Below, one piece after another: positions 1-10,623 of a stretch of DNA of 64,000 nt. The translations under genes were made by a program, and so were the position numbers. Each line of letters starts with the position of its first letter. Position 1 is the stretch's first letter. The DNA lies in contig BJFT01000002.1 in NCBI GenBank assembly GCA_014190015.1, positions 4,169 through 68,168 of the forward strand. The letters run 5' to 3'. The notes beneath the pieces were generated by a model. The model made no database searches. It was not told the origin of the DNA and worked only from the letters and a program-made list of their open reading frames with translations. Origin of the DNA: Actinomycetes bacterium. GTDB taxonomy: Bacteria; Actinomycetota; Actinomycetes; Nanopelagicales; Nanopelagicaceae.

Positions 1-387
1 CAAGAGTTCTTGAAGTTTCTCTCGCTCTGCTGCAATTCCATCAACGATGCGACCTTTGCCCTGCAATGGATGGGGGCGCCTGGTTGATTCAAAGCGTTGC
101 ACTAATGCTTGATCGGAGGCATCAAGAAATGCCACCCGAAAATTTGCTCCAGATTTTTTCAATTCTGAGAGTGATGAAGCGAGCTCATCAAAGAATTTTC
201 CGCCACGCACGTCTACGACAACAGCGAGTGATTTTATTTCAGATTGAACACCTTGTTTAATCAGATCAGATAGAAGAGTTGGCGGCAGGTTATCTACGAC
301 ATACCAACCAAGATCCTCAAGTGCATGGGCAACGGTTGAACGACCAGCACCAGACATACCTGTCAGGATTAATACTTCTTGGTTCAT
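1..387 (-). CDS. rapZ: RNase adapter RapZ/YvcJ family P-loop protein, 5' part (runs off the window)
   Basis: Manual translation from ATG at 387: [36 protein letters not shown]...VVVDVRGG. Walker A plus DNLP motif; canonical position downstream of uvrC. Not in the ORF track because it is truncated. Confidence 0.93.
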   Translation of the reverse strand, partial: MNQEVLILTGMSGAGRSTVAHALEDLGWYVVDNLPPTLLSDLIKQGVQSEIKSLAVVVDVRGGKFFDELASSLSELKKSGANFRVAFLDASDQALVQRFESTRRPHPLQGKGRIVDGIAAEREKLQELL

Positions 388-408
388 GGCTCTATCTTGA
401 CCTACCTG

Positions 409-2325
409 TCAAGCATCTTCAATAACACCTGTAGCCATATCAATTTTTGACGTAGAACTATGTGCAAGGAACTCAAAGACAATAAGAGCAATCTTCTCGC
501 CAATTCCAGGAGTCATGGCAATATCTTCAACACTTGCTTTCTTTAGAGCAGCTACCGAACCAAATCGTTCAAGTAATGCGTTTCTTCGACTAGGTCCAAG
601 TTGCTCGATTTCATCAAGGATTGATTCGAGCATAACTTTGCTACGTCTTGAACGGTGAAATGAGATTGCGAATCTATGTGCTTCATCTCGAATTCTCTGG
701 AGCAAATAGAGTCCCTCACTGGTGCGCGGAAGAATAATCGGATCTGATTGCTCAGGAACCCACACTTCTTCCAGTCTTTTAGCTAAACCGCACAAAGCAA
801 TATCTGAAATTCCTAACTCGTTCATTGCGCGTTGCGCTGCGCTTACTTGAGGAGCTCCACCATCTACAACAATTAATTGCGGCGGGTATGCGAATTTACT
901 TGGCTTTCCGCCAGCTTCAATGATTTCGGCACTATCTACTACGCGATCATTGAGCAATCTCTTAAGTCTTCGCGTAATAACTTGGTGCATTGCACGGGTG
1001 TCATCAAAACCTTCTGTTGTGTCGATGATGAATCGACGATACTCACTCTTTTTTGCGATGCCATCTTCGAAAACAACCATTGAAGCAACAACAGATGTTC
1101 CTGAGATATTGGAAATGTCAAAACATTCAATTCGTAGCGGAGTCTTTGCCAAGCTAAGTTCTTCTTCAATTTCCAGCAGAGCCTTACCTGAAACTGCAGC
1201 ATCACTTGCTCTCTTACTCATGAACTGCACAAGGGCGTAGTGGGCATTTCTCTTTACGGTTTCCAGCAGTTCTACCTTGTCACCGCGTTGCGGAACCTTC
1301 AGAGTTACTTTCGATTGAGAAAGTGAGGAAAGCCATTGTTCAAGCGCCTGCGTATCTGCGGGTTCTGAATTCAAATAGATTGTTGAAGGTATCTCTGTAC
1401 TCTCTCCCCCATAAATTGAAAAGAGCAATGAAGCCCACTGATCATCGCCTTCAAGGGCAAGTTCTTGATTAACAATCCACGAACGAGAACCTTTGATAGA
1501 ACCTCGACGCAACATGAAAATGGAACCCGCTGCATGAAGACCCTCTTCATGTATGGCTATGAAATCACCATCTAACTCATCGGAAAGATTTCCTTGTGTG
1601 GAGCGTTGTGCTTTTTCAAATGATTCTATTTGATCCCTAATTCGTGCGGCTCTTTCGAACTCTTCACGTGAAGATGCCAATTCCATTTCAGATTGCAGCG
1701 CCGGAAGTAAATCCTGCATCCCTGCTTCCATGAATGCATCCAGTTTATGAACAATTTGCCTATGCTCTTCTGGGGATACCCATCCAACACATGGAGCAGC
1801 GCATTTTCCTAGATCTCCCAATAGACATTGACGCTTGCTCTTTTGAGCCCGTTGAAAATTCCCTGCTGTGCAGGAACGAACAGGAAAGACCTTTAACAAA
1901 ATATCGAAAGTGTTTCGCAGAGCCCACGCATTCGTATATGGTCCAAAATACTTCAAACCTGGACGCTTCTCTTTGCGAGTTACAAAAATTCGGGGATATT
2001 CATCGGCAATAGAAATAGCCAAATATGGGTATGACTTATCATCCTTGAATTGAACGTTATACGTTGGGTGATATTGCTTGATCCAAGAAAATTCCAGTGC
2101 TAACGCTTCGAGTTCTGTGTTGACCACAGTCCAATCCACCCGTACCGCTTCGTGAACCATTCGATAAGTTTTATGAGCAAGATTACTTCCAAAATAGGAA
2201 CTCAAACGATTCTTTAGATTCTTTGCCTTACCAACATAAATAACTTTATCGCTGCCGTTATAAAAACGATACACACCAGCTTCTTCTGGAATATCGGTAG
2301 GGCGATAACTGGCTGGATCGGCCAT
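409..2325 (-). CDS. uvrC: Excinuclease ABC subunit C
   Basis: GIY-YIG N-terminus (GVYRF...VIYVGKAKNLKNRLSSYF), RIECFDISN RNase H-like domain, RIRDEAHRFAI, C-terminal HhH. Confidence 0.98.
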   Translation of the reverse strand: MADPASYRPTDIPEEAGVYRFYNGSDKVIYVGKAKNLKNRLSSYFGSNLAHKTYRMVHEAVRVDWTVVNTELEALALEFSWIKQYHPTYNVQFKDDKSYPYLAISIADEYPRIFVTRKEKRPGLKYFGPYTNAWALRNTFDILLKVFPVRSCTAGNFQRAQKSKRQCLLGDLGKCAAPCVGWVSPEEHRQIVHKLDAFMEAGMQDLLPALQSEMELASSREEFERAARIRDQIESFEKAQRSTQGNLSDELDGDFIAIHEEGLHAAGSIFMLRRGSIKGSRSWIVNQELALEGDDQWASLLFSIYGGESTEIPSTIYLNSEPADTQALEQWLSSLSQSKVTLKVPQRGDKVELLETVKRNAHYALVQFMSKRASDAAVSGKALLEIEEELSLAKTPLRIECFDISNISGTSVVASMVVFEDGIAKKSEYRRFIIDTTEGFDDTRAMHQVITRRLKRLLNDRVVDSAEIIEAGGKPSKFAYPPQLIVVDGGAPQVSAAQRAMNELGISDIALCGLAKRLEEVWVPEQSDPIILPRTSEGLYLLQRIRDEAHRFAISFHRSRRSKVMLESILDEIEQLGPSRRNALLERFGSVAALKKASVEDIAMTPGIGEKIALIVFEFLAHSSTSKIDMATGVIEDA

Positions 2326-2327
2326 GA

Positions 2328-5192
2328 TTACTTCTTCTTCGCAGGAGCTTTTCGATTAGTCTTTAAAATCTCAGCTAAGAACTGTCCTGTGTAACTTGCG
2401 CTGACCTTTGCTACATCTTCTGGTGTTCCTTCTGCAACAACAGTTCCACCTCGGAAACCACCTTCTGGACCCATATCGATTACCCAGTCAGATGATTTGA
2501 TGACATCTAAATTATGCTCGATGACAACAACTGTATTGCCAGTATCGACCAAACGATTGAGTACGCCGAGTAATTTATTAACATCTTCAAAGTGCAGACC
2601 AGTTGTTGGTTCATCTAATACATAGATTGTTCGACCAGTAGATCTGCGTTGTAGCTCTGTAGCCAATTTAACTCGCTGGGCTTCGCCACCAGAAAGAGTC
2701 GGTGCTGATTGTCCTAAGCGAACATAGCCCAAACCGACATCACACAGGGTCTTTAAGTACCTAGCAATTGTCGGCACTGATTCGAAGAAAATGTGGGCTT
2801 CCTCGATAGGCATGTTTAAGACATCTGAAATGGTTTTGTTCTTGTAATGAACCTCGAGAGTTTCACGGTTATATCTGGCGCCATGACACACTTCGCAAGG
2901 AACATAAACATCAGGCAGGAAATTCATCTCAATCGTGATGGTTCCATCCCCCGAACAATTTTCACAGCGCCCACCTTTTACGTTGAAAGAGAAACGTCCT
3001 TGTTGATATCCGCGAACCTTGGCTTCAGTGGTTTCGGCGAAGAGAGCACGAACCTTGTCGAATACGCCGGTGTACGTTGCAGGATTAGAACGTGGCGTAC
3101 GTCCGATAGGCGATTGATCAACGTGTACAACCTTGTCTAATTGATCAACTCCACTGACGGATCGGTGTCGTCCAGGAACAATGCGTGCACCATTTAGTTT
3201 GTTTGCTAAGACGCTATACAAAATATCGTTAACTAAAGTGGATTTACCTGAACCACTGACGCCGGTAACGGATACAAAAACACCGAGTGGAACATCAACA
3301 TCGATATCTTTAAGGTTGTTCTCTTTTGCGCCCTTAACCGTAAGTTTTCGCTTCGCATCAAGTGGTCGACGTTTGCTTGGAATTGCGATGGATTTGCGGC
3401 CACTTAAATATGCTCCAGTGATTGACTCTTTGGAGTCAATCAGAGATTGGTAATCCCCCGATACAACAACTTTGCCACCATGTTCGCCTGCACCTGGACC
3501 GATGTCCACGATCCAATCTGCGGTGCGAATTGTCTCCTCATCATGTTCAACAACAATAAGCGTGTTACCCAAATCGCGTAGACGTGTGAGCGTGTCAATT
3601 AATCTTCTGTTATCACGTTGATGTAGACCAATACTTGGCTCATCCAATACATAAAGAACACCAACTAAACCTGATCCAATTTGAGTAGCAAGTCTAATTC
3701 GCTGAGCTTCACCACCGGACAACGTTGCTGCTGGACGTGCAAGAGATAAGTAGTCCAAACCAACATCAAGCAAGAAACCTAATCGCGCATTAACTTCTTT
3801 CATCACGCGCTCGGCGATTTGAGCTTCTCGAGCATTAAGGGAGATCTTCTTTAAAAACTCTGCGCAATCAGCAATAGAGAGTTCGCAAATCTGCGCAATA
3901 GATAAGTCGCCAACAGTTACAGCAAGTACTTCAGGCTTTAAGCGAGCTCCTTGACAAACTGAACAAGGAATCTCACGCATGTAGGATTCATACTTCTCAC
4001 GACTGTAATCGCTATCAGTTTCGCCGTGACGTCTATGAATAAATGGAACCACACCTTCAAAACCACTTGTGTGATTGCGTACACGCCCATAGCGATTCTT
4101 GTACTTAACGTGTACTTCGTATTCGTAACCATTAATAATTGCATTACGTGCTTTTTCGGGCAGGCGCTTCCATGGAGTATTAAGTGAGAATTTAATATCT
4201 TCAGATAGTGCTTCGAGCAAGCGCAAAAAATACTCGGAGGACTGCCCTCCAGCCCATGGAGCAATTGCACCCTCATAAATCGAAATAGAGTCGTCAGGAA
4301 TAATTAGCTCTTCATCTACCTCTAACTTTGTGCCAATTCCTGTGCACTCGGGGCAGGCTCCAAATGGAGAGTTAAATGAGAATGAGCGCGGCTCTAACTC
4401 TTCGAATGAAAGATTGCAATCATGGCAAGCAAGGTGTTCACTGAAAGTGCGTTCTTTATCCGCACCTTTTGCGTCAACAAAATCCAATAAAACAATTCCA
4501 GAAGCTAATTTGAGAGCAGTTTCGATCGAATCTGTTAAGCGTGATTTTGATTCAGGTTTAGCGCTTAAACGATCAACTACAACTTCAATGGTGTGTTTTT
4601 CTTGCTTCTTTAACTTCGGCGCATCACTTAAAGCGATGATTTCTCCATCAATGCGTGCACGTGCGTAACCGGAGGCTATAAGTTCAGCAAAGAGATCTAC
4701 AAATTCGCCTTTACGTGCTCGAACCACTGGGGCCAATACCTGAAACTTGGTAGTTGCCGGCATGGTGAGAATTTGATCAACAATTTGTTGTGGAGTTTGT
4801 CTAGAAACGGCTTTGCCACAGCTTGGACAGTGTGGGCGACCTGCGCGCGCAAAGAGTAAGCGCAAGTAATCATAAACTTCAGTGATTGTTCCAACTGTTG
4901 AACGAGGGTTTCGGTTTGTTGATTTCTGATCAATTGAGACTGCTGGCGATAATCCTTCGATGAAATCAACATCAGGCTTATCCATTTGTCCCAAGAATTG
5001 GCGAGCATAAGCTGATAGGGATTCAACATATCTGCGCTGTCCTTCAGCAAAGATTGTGTCAAAAGCAAGACTTGATTTTCCAGAACCAGATAAACCTGTA
5101 AAGACGATAAGTGATTCACGCGGTAGCTCAATTGAAACATCTTTGAGGTTGTGTTCGCGGGCACCACGAACAATTAGCTTGTCGATGCTCAT
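2328..5192 (-). CDS. uvrA: Excinuclease ABC subunit A
   Basis: Two ABC ATPase modules ([26 protein letters not shown] x2) and CxxC zinc fingers. Confidence 0.99.
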   Translation of the reverse strand: MSIDKLIVRGAREHNLKDVSIELPRESLIVFTGLSGSGKSSLAFDTIFAEGQRRYVESLSAYARQFLGQMDKPDVDFIEGLSPAVSIDQKSTNRNPRSTVGTITEVYDYLRLLFARAGRPHCPSCGKAVSRQTPQQIVDQILTMPATTKFQVLAPVVRARKGEFVDLFAELIASGYARARIDGEIIALSDAPKLKKQEKHTIEVVVDRLSAKPESKSRLTDSIETALKLASGIVLLDFVDAKGADKERTFSEHLACHDCNLSFEELEPRSFSFNSPFGACPECTGIGTKLEVDEELIIPDDSISIYEGAIAPWAGGQSSEYFLRLLEALSEDIKFSLNTPWKRLPEKARNAIINGYEYEVHVKYKNRYGRVRNHTSGFEGVVPFIHRRHGETDSDYSREKYESYMREIPCSVCQGARLKPEVLAVTVGDLSIAQICELSIADCAEFLKKISLNAREAQIAERVMKEVNARLGFLLDVGLDYLSLARPAATLSGGEAQRIRLATQIGSGLVGVLYVLDEPSIGLHQRDNRRLIDTLTRLRDLGNTLIVVEHDEETIRTADWIVDIGPGAGEHGGKVVVSGDYQSLIDSKESITGAYLSGRKSIAIPSKRRPLDAKRKLTVKGAKENNLKDIDVDVPLGVFVSVTGVSGSGKSTLVNDILYSVLANKLNGARIVPGRHRSVSGVDQLDKVVHVDQSPIGRTPRSNPATYTGVFDKVRALFAETTEAKVRGYQQGRFSFNVKGGRCENCSGDGTITIEMNFLPDVYVPCEVCHGARYNRETLEVHYKNKTISDVLNMPIEEAHIFFESVPTIARYLKTLCDVGLGYVRLGQSAPTLSGGEAQRVKLATELQRRSTGRTIYVLDEPTTGLHFEDVNKLLGVLNRLVDTGNTVVVIEHNLDVIKSSDWVIDMGPEGGFRGGTVVAEGTPEDVAKVSASYTGQFLAEILKTNRKAPAKKK

Positions 5193-7273
5193 TAATGCCC
5201 CGCTTCTTGCATCGCACGAAGTTCTTTCTTCAAATCACGAATTTCATCGCGCAATCTGGCTGCTAATTCAAAAGAAAGTTCTGCTGCCGCACTTCTCATC
5301 TGGTCAGTGAGCGACTCTATCAACGCGATTAATTCTTGGCGAGGCAAAGAACCAGCGTTCTTACTGCGCAGGCCAATTGGTGGCGCGGCTGCTGACTTGG
5401 ATTTACAGCCAGATGCAAGTAGCTCATCAGTGTCATCGCTTTCACGATTAATGAGATCTGTAATGTCAGCAATTTTCTTTCGCAGCGGTTGTGGATCGAC
5501 TCCCCGCTCGAGGTTATAGGCAACTTGTTTCGCTCTACGACGATTAGTTTCATCGATTGCCTTCGCCATTGATTTAGTTATGTTGTCCGCGTACATGTGA
5601 ACTTCGCCGGATACATTTCGAGCTGCACGACCAATGGTTTGAATCAATGATGTAGCCGAGCGAAGAAATCCTTCTTTATCTGCATCCAAAATTGCTACAA
5701 GTGATACCTCAGGTAAATCCAAACCTTCGCGAAGTAAGTTGATACCGATCAACACATCAAATTGACCTGAACGAAGTTCGCGCAACAACTCGACTCTTCG
5801 CAAGGTATCTACTTCAGAGTGGAGATATTCTACCTTGATTCCCTTTTCCTGAAGATACTCAGTGAGGTCTTCGGACATCTTCTTTGTCAGGGTTGTAACT
5901 AAGACGCGTTCGTTGCGCTCTGTACGAATCTTTATTTCCGCCAATAGATCATCAATCTGACCTTTAATTGGTTTAAGAACAATCTGCGGATCGACAAGTC
6001 CGGTTGGGCGAATAACTTGCTCAACTACATCGTTTTCTACTTTGCCAAGCTCGTAAGGACCAGGCGTTGCTGAGAGATAAACCTTTTGTCCAACGCGATC
6101 TAAGAACTCTGGCCACTTTAATGGTCGGTTATCAAGTGCACTCGGCAATCTGAAACCATGTTCAACAAGAGTTCGTTTACGAGAAGCATCGCCCTCATAC
6201 ATTGCACCGATTTGAGGAACTGTCACATGGCTCTCATCTATGACAACAAGGTAATCTTCTGGGAAATAATCCAACAAACAGTTTGGCGCAGAGCCTTGTT
6301 CGCGCCCATCAAGGTGCCTAGAATAATTCTCAATTCCAGAACAAAAACCTAACTGCTCCATCATTTCTAAATCAAAGGTTGTGCGCATCCGTAGTCGTTG
6401 CGCCTCCAATAACTTGCCTTGTTTTTCAAAGAGATTGAGCTGAATCTGAAGTTCATCGGTGATGTCCCCCATCGCCCGCTTCATAGTTTCCGGTCCCGCT
6501 GCATAGTGAGTTGCAGGAAAGACATACATCTCTTGCTCTTCGCGAACGATTTCACCAGTGAGTGGATTGAGCGTAGTAATGCGCTCAATTTCATCTCCGA
6601 ACATCTCGATGCGAAGTGCTAACTCCTCATACATCGGAATAATTTCAATGGTGTCGCCACGAACTCTAAAAGTTCCACGTTCAAAAGCCATGTCGTTGCG
6701 TTTGTATTGCACATCTACGAATCGGCGGAGCAAAACATTTCGCTCTATTTCATCGCCCACCCTCAATTTGATCATTCGGTCGACGTATTCTTGAGGTGTT
6801 CCGAGTCCATAAATACACGAAACTGTCGCAACTACAACAACATCTCTGCGCGTTAACAGTGAGTTTGTTGCAGAGTGTCTGAGGCGTTCTACCTCGTCAT
6901 TGACGCTGGAATCCTTCTCAATAAAGGTATCTGTCTGAGGGACGTACGCCTCTGGTTGGTAATAGTCGTAATACGAAACAAAATACTCAACAGCATTATT
7001 GGGCAGTAACTCACGAAATTCATTTGCTAGCTGGGCGGCTAGTGTTTTATTCGGTGCCAGGACCAATGTGGGGCGTTGTAATTTCTCAATCATCCACGCA
7101 GTTGTTGCAGATTTACCGGTTCCGGTGGCACCTAAGAGAACAACATCCTGCACTCCAGCATTGATGCGTTTAACAATTTCTTCGATTGCAGCAGGCTGAT
7201 CTCCGGCAGGAACGTAATCACTGATGACCTGGAAAGGTTCAACTCGCCTTTGAAGATCAGTAATTGGGCGCAT
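5192..7273 (-). CDS. uvrB: Excinuclease ABC subunit B
   Basis: [43 protein letters not shown] helicase motifs; C-terminal UVR coiled coil. Confidence 0.99.
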   Translation of the reverse strand: MRPITDLQRRVEPFQVISDYVPAGDQPAAIEEIVKRINAGVQDVVLLGATGTGKSATTAWMIEKLQRPTLVLAPNKTLAAQLANEFRELLPNNAVEYFVSYYDYYQPEAYVPQTDTFIEKDSSVNDEVERLRHSATNSLLTRRDVVVVATVSCIYGLGTPQEYVDRMIKLRVGDEIERNVLLRRFVDVQYKRNDMAFERGTFRVRGDTIEIIPMYEELALRIEMFGDEIERITTLNPLTGEIVREEQEMYVFPATHYAAGPETMKRAMGDITDELQIQLNLFEKQGKLLEAQRLRMRTTFDLEMMEQLGFCSGIENYSRHLDGREQGSAPNCLLDYFPEDYLVVIDESHVTVPQIGAMYEGDASRKRTLVEHGFRLPSALDNRPLKWPEFLDRVGQKVYLSATPGPYELGKVENDVVEQVIRPTGLVDPQIVLKPIKGQIDDLLAEIKIRTERNERVLVTTLTKKMSEDLTEYLQEKGIKVEYLHSEVDTLRRVELLRELRSGQFDVLIGINLLREGLDLPEVSLVAILDADKEGFLRSATSLIQTIGRAARNVSGEVHMYADNITKSMAKAIDETNRRRAKQVAYNLERGVDPQPLRKKIADITDLINRESDDTDELLASGCKSKSAAAPPIGLRSKNAGSLPRQELIALIESLTDQMRSAAAELSFELAARLRDEIRDLKKELRAMQEAGH

Positions 7274-7280
7274 GTGCCTA

Positions 7281-7286
7281 ACTCTA
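7281..7286 (-). promoter_or_regulatory. Putative -10 box (TAGAGT) for a leaderless uvrB-uvrA-uvrC transcript
   Basis: TANNNT 7 nt upstream of the uvrB ATG; no SD present. Confidence 0.65.
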
Positions 7287-7297
7287 TCCGCGAGGCA

Positions 7298-7897
7298 CTA
7301 AATTTGCGCGCGAGGCAAAATTGTTGATTCCCAGATGTTTTCTACTTGGCGCAACAAATCATCTTCAGTGCCATCATTTGTGAGAACGCAATCCGCCACA
7401 GCTCTGCGCTCTTCTTCGGTGGCCTGTGATGCCATTCTCTTCTCGATATCAGAGTGAAACATTCCTCGAGCACGCAGACGTTGCTTTCGCACTTCTGGAT
7501 CTGATTCGACGGTGATGACGAAATCGAAACGATCCGCCGCCTTAGTTTCAACGAGAAGAGGAATCTCATAAACCATTATTTGACCTGGATTTAAACTGGC
7601 GACGGCCTCTTCGAACTCAGCTCGAATTCGTGGGTGAATGATTTCTTCGAGGTCTTTCTTGGCTTGTGGATTCTCAAAGACAATCTGACCAAGTGCTACT
7701 CGATCGATGTCACCATTTTTTAATACAGTGTCACCGAATCGAAGTAGAACTTCATCAAAACCTTCTGAGCCTCTTTCAATAGCAGAACGTGCTAGTTGAT
7801 CAGCATCTATAACGAGTGCACCCAACTGCGAGAAGAATTGCGCAGCCAGGGATTTACCCGAACCAATACCGCCAGTGAGTCCTACAACGAAGGCCAC
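7298..7897 (-). CDS. coaE: Dephospho-CoA kinase
   Basis: VGLTGGIGSGKS, IDADQLAR, IIHPRIR, EIPLL; follows rpsA as in other actinobacteria. Confidence 0.97.
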   Translation of the reverse strand: MAFVVGLTGGIGSGKSLAAQFFSQLGALVIDADQLARSAIERGSEGFDEVLLRFGDTVLKNGDIDRVALGQIVFENPQAKKDLEEIIHPRIRAEFEEAVASLNPGQIMVYEIPLLVETKAADRFDFVITVESDPEVRKQRLRARGMFHSDIEKRMASQATEEERRAVADCVLTNDGTEDDLLRQVENIWESTILPRAQI

Positions 7898-7903
7898 TAG
7901 AAA

Positions 7904-9253
7904 TTACTCTGCTGCTACCTCGACAGGTGTTGCAGCAGCGTCAGCAGCTTTAGCTTCAGCCTTTTGCTTCTTGTGCGCTAGGAAACGCTCTTGTGCAACT
8001 GCATACTCTTTTTCCCACGCTTCGCGTTGAGATTCATATCCTGGCTTCCACTCTTGAGTGTCAGCGTCAAAGCCTTCTGGATAAATGAACTTACCTTCAG
8101 CATCGTATCGAGCAGACATTCCGTATTGAGTTGGGTCGAATGCTTCAATCTCAACTTCTTGTCCTTCGTTAGCTTGCTTGAGTGAAAGTGAGATGCGACG
8201 ACGCTCTAGATCGATATCAATAATCTTTACAAAGAGTTCGTCATCTACTTGAACAACTTGCTCAGGAATTTCTACGTGGCGTTCTGCTAATTCAGAGATG
8301 TGAACTAGACCTTCGATGCCTTCGTGCACACGAATGAATGCTCCGAATGGAACAAGCTTGGTCACAACACCTGGAACAACCTGATTGATTGTGTGTGTGC
8401 GAGCAAATGCTTGCCATGGATCTTCTTGTGTTGCCTTAAGAGAGAGTGAAACGCGTTCACGTTCAAAATCAACTTCAAGAACTTCAACAGTTACTTCATC
8501 GCCCACTTCAACAACTTCACCTGGGTGATCGATGTGCTTCCATGAAAGCTCTGAAACGTGAACCAAACCATCTACGCCACCAAGGTCAACGAATGCACCA
8601 AAGTTAACGATTGATGAAACCACACCGGAACGTACTTGACCCTTTTGAAGTTGGTTAAGGAATGTTGTACGTGATTCGGATTGTGTTTGTTCTAGGAATG
8701 CACGACGTGAAAGAACAACGTTGTTGCGGTTCTTATCTAATTCAATGATGCGTGCTTCAACCTGCTTGCCAATGTATGGAGTCAGATCGCGTACGCGGCG
8801 CATTTCAACGAGAGATGCTGGAAGGAAGCCACGAAGACCGATGTCAACGATGAGACCACCCTTAACAACTTCAATGACTGTTCCGATAACAACTTCGTCG
8901 CGCTCTTTCTTGCCTTCGATATCTCCCCAGGCGCGTTCGTATTGTGCGCGCTTCTTGGAAAGAATCAAACGGCCTTCTTTATCTTCTTTTTGAAGAACTA
9001 ACGCTTCAATCTTGTCGCCAACTTTTACAATCTCATTTGGGTCTGCATCGTGACGGATCGATAATTCGCGTGAAGGAATAACACCTTCTGTCTTGTAGCC
9101 AATATCAACAAGTACTTCTTCGCGATCTACTTGAACAACTGTGCCTTCGACGAGATCTCCGTCGTTAAAATTTCTGATTGTTCCTTCGATTGCGGCTAAG
9201 AAATCTGCCGCTGATCCAATGTCATTAACTGCAATTACTGGTGAAGTAGTCAA
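7904..9253 (-). CDS. rpsA: 30S ribosomal protein S1 (TTG start)
   Basis: Four S1 repeats (VDIGYKTEGVIP, FGAFVDLGGVDGLVHVSELSW, PFGAF...EGLVHISEL); actinobacterial C-terminus YGM.A.YD.EG. Confidence 0.99.
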   Translation of the reverse strand: MTTSPVIAVNDIGSAADFLAAIEGTIRNFNDGDLVEGTVVQVDREEVLVDIGYKTEGVIPSRELSIRHDADPNEIVKVGDKIEALVLQKEDKEGRLILSKKRAQYERAWGDIEGKKERDEVVIGTVIEVVKGGLIVDIGLRGFLPASLVEMRRVRDLTPYIGKQVEARIIELDKNRNNVVLSRRAFLEQTQSESRTTFLNQLQKGQVRSGVVSSIVNFGAFVDLGGVDGLVHVSELSWKHIDHPGEVVEVGDEVTVEVLEVDFERERVSLSLKATQEDPWQAFARTHTINQVVPGVVTKLVPFGAFIRVHEGIEGLVHISELAERHVEIPEQVVQVDDELFVKIIDIDLERRRISLSLKQANEGQEVEIEAFDPTQYGMSARYDAEGKFIYPEGFDADTQEWKPGYESQREAWEKEYAVAQERFLAHKKQKAEAKAADAAATPVEVAAE

Positions 9254-9297
9254 AATGCTCCGTAGGGATAGATGAGTAGTAGGGACAGGGAGCGCTA

Positions 9298-9327
9298 AGG
9301 GTACGGTTTCTCGCGTCCATGGGTCAA
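9298..9327 (-). promoter_or_regulatory. Putative housekeeping-sigma promoter of rpsA: TTGACC-N18-TACCCT
   Basis: -35 at 9327-9322 and -10 at 9303-9298, with near-consensus hexamers and spacing. Confidence 0.75.
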
Positions 9328-9328
9328 T

Positions 9329-9350
9329 TCCGTGCGTATAAATCCGTGCG
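9329..9350. repeat. 8-bp direct repeat TCCGTGCG x2 (14-bp period) in the rpsA/MFS divergent region
   Basis: Copies at 9329-9336 and 9343-9350, next to the rpsA -35. Confidence 0.6.
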
Positions 9351-9382
9351 AATAGACAGGCCTCACCCTAGGTGTTGATGGA

Positions 9383-9388
9383 TAGAAT
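9383..9388 (+). promoter_or_regulatory. Putative -10 box (TAGAAT) of the MFS gene
   Basis: Near-consensus -10 8 nt upstream of ATG 9397. Confidence 0.6.
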
Positions 9389-9396
9389 CGCGTGAA

Positions 9397-10623
9397 ATGC
9401 AGAGATATAGAGAACTACTTCGATTCCCTAACGCGTGGGTGCTTATTTTGACTGCCCTTCCTGCGCGCATCTCTTACGGAATGATTAGTTTGGCAATTTT
9501 TTTCAAAACGGAACAAGCGACTAACTCCGTCGCAATCGCAGGTTTAGCCATTGGAATTAACTCTGTAGCAGGTTCTCTCACTGCAGGTGTCCGCGGTTCA
9601 ATCATGGATAAATGGGGTCAGAAATGGCCACTTCGAATATTTGTTCCTTGTTATGCCGGAATGCTCCTTGCGCTAAATATGGCTCAAGATCGTAACGTTT
9701 TACTCATCGCAGCATTTGTTCTCGGTATAACCGCTCCACCAATTAATCTTTCTGTGAGACCGCTTTGGAAAGATGTCGTCACACCAGATTATTTAAGAGT
9801 TGCCTACGCAGCTGATTCAACGATGATGAACTTTGCCTTTGTTATTGGTCCAGTGCTTGCAACTTCACTAGCCCTGTCTTCACATCCTGGTTCGGCTTTA
9901 GCAACAGCTTCTGCGTTGATGTTCATCGGAGGAACTGCACTAGGACTCACATCTATTTCAAGAAATTGGATACCGGAGAAGAAAGTTAAGGGCGCCGTAT
10001 CTTTATTGCGGTCGAAGCCACTTCAACTCTTGATGATTGAAGGATGCTTTATTGGTTTTGGCTGGGGACTCTTTGATGTCGCTGTCCCTGCGTTTGCAAC
10101 GCTCGAAGGTGTTCCTCAGCGAACTGCATGGATCTTTGCATCTATGGGAATCGCTAACGTGATTGGTGGTTTATTAGCTGGGTTAGTTTCAAAGAATCGC
10201 TCAGCGCTTTCGACAATGCGTAAAACTTATTTAGTTTGGTTCTTTGTATCTATTCCCATTGCATTTACATACCCTGGTTGGTCCATGGCTATCTTTGGTG
10301 CCGCACTCGGTTTAATTGGTGGAGCGATTCAAGTTTTTTACTGGGAAGTTATGGAAGCTGTACGTCCAAAAGGTTCGCAAACCGCAGCTTTGGGTTGGTT
10401 ATGGAGCGTTGAAGGTTCGTTCATGGCACTTGGAGCAGCACTCGGTGGTTACTTGTCAGAGTTATTTTCACCAAAACTTGTACTTGCAACAACATCAGTA
10501 TGCATCGGCCTTGGCTTCATTGTGTTATCTCTCGGTAGAGAAAGGTTAAAAGAAGCTGACAGAATTCCTGAATCTGAAGAGGACCTTGAAGCCATGAAGG
10601 ATAATCTGCCAACAACTAATTAG
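9397..10623 (+). CDS. Major facilitator superfamily transporter, substrate unknown
   Basis: 408 aa with about 12 hydrophobic segments; MFS motif-A-like GSIMDKWGQK; GPVLA motif. Confidence 0.88.
   Translation: MQRYRELLRFPNAWVLILTALPARISYGMISLAIFFKTEQATNSVAIAGLAIGINSVAGSLTAGVRGSIMDKWGQKWPLRIFVPCYAGMLLALNMAQDRNVLLIAAFVLGITAPPINLSVRPLWKDVVTPDYLRVAYAADSTMMNFAFVIGPVLATSLALSSHPGSALATASALMFIGGTALGLTSISRNWIPEKKVKGAVSLLRSKPLQLLMIEGCFIGFGWGLFDVAVPAFATLEGVPQRTAWIFASMGIANVIGGLLAGLVSKNRSALSTMRKTYLVWFFVSIPIAFTYPGWSMAIFGAALGLIGGAIQVFYWEVMEAVRPKGSQTAALGWLWSVEGSFMALGAALGGYLSELFSPKLVLATTSVCIGLGFIVLSLGRERLKEADRIPESEEDLEAMKDNLPTTN

Noticed and set aside
1661-1674. 14-bp palindrome TCTTCACGTGAAGA resembling parS (core TTCACGTGAA also in gltB)
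   Set aside because: Only 10 of 16 positions match parS, it lies in coding DNA, and a few palindromes of this length are expected by chance in 64 kb.
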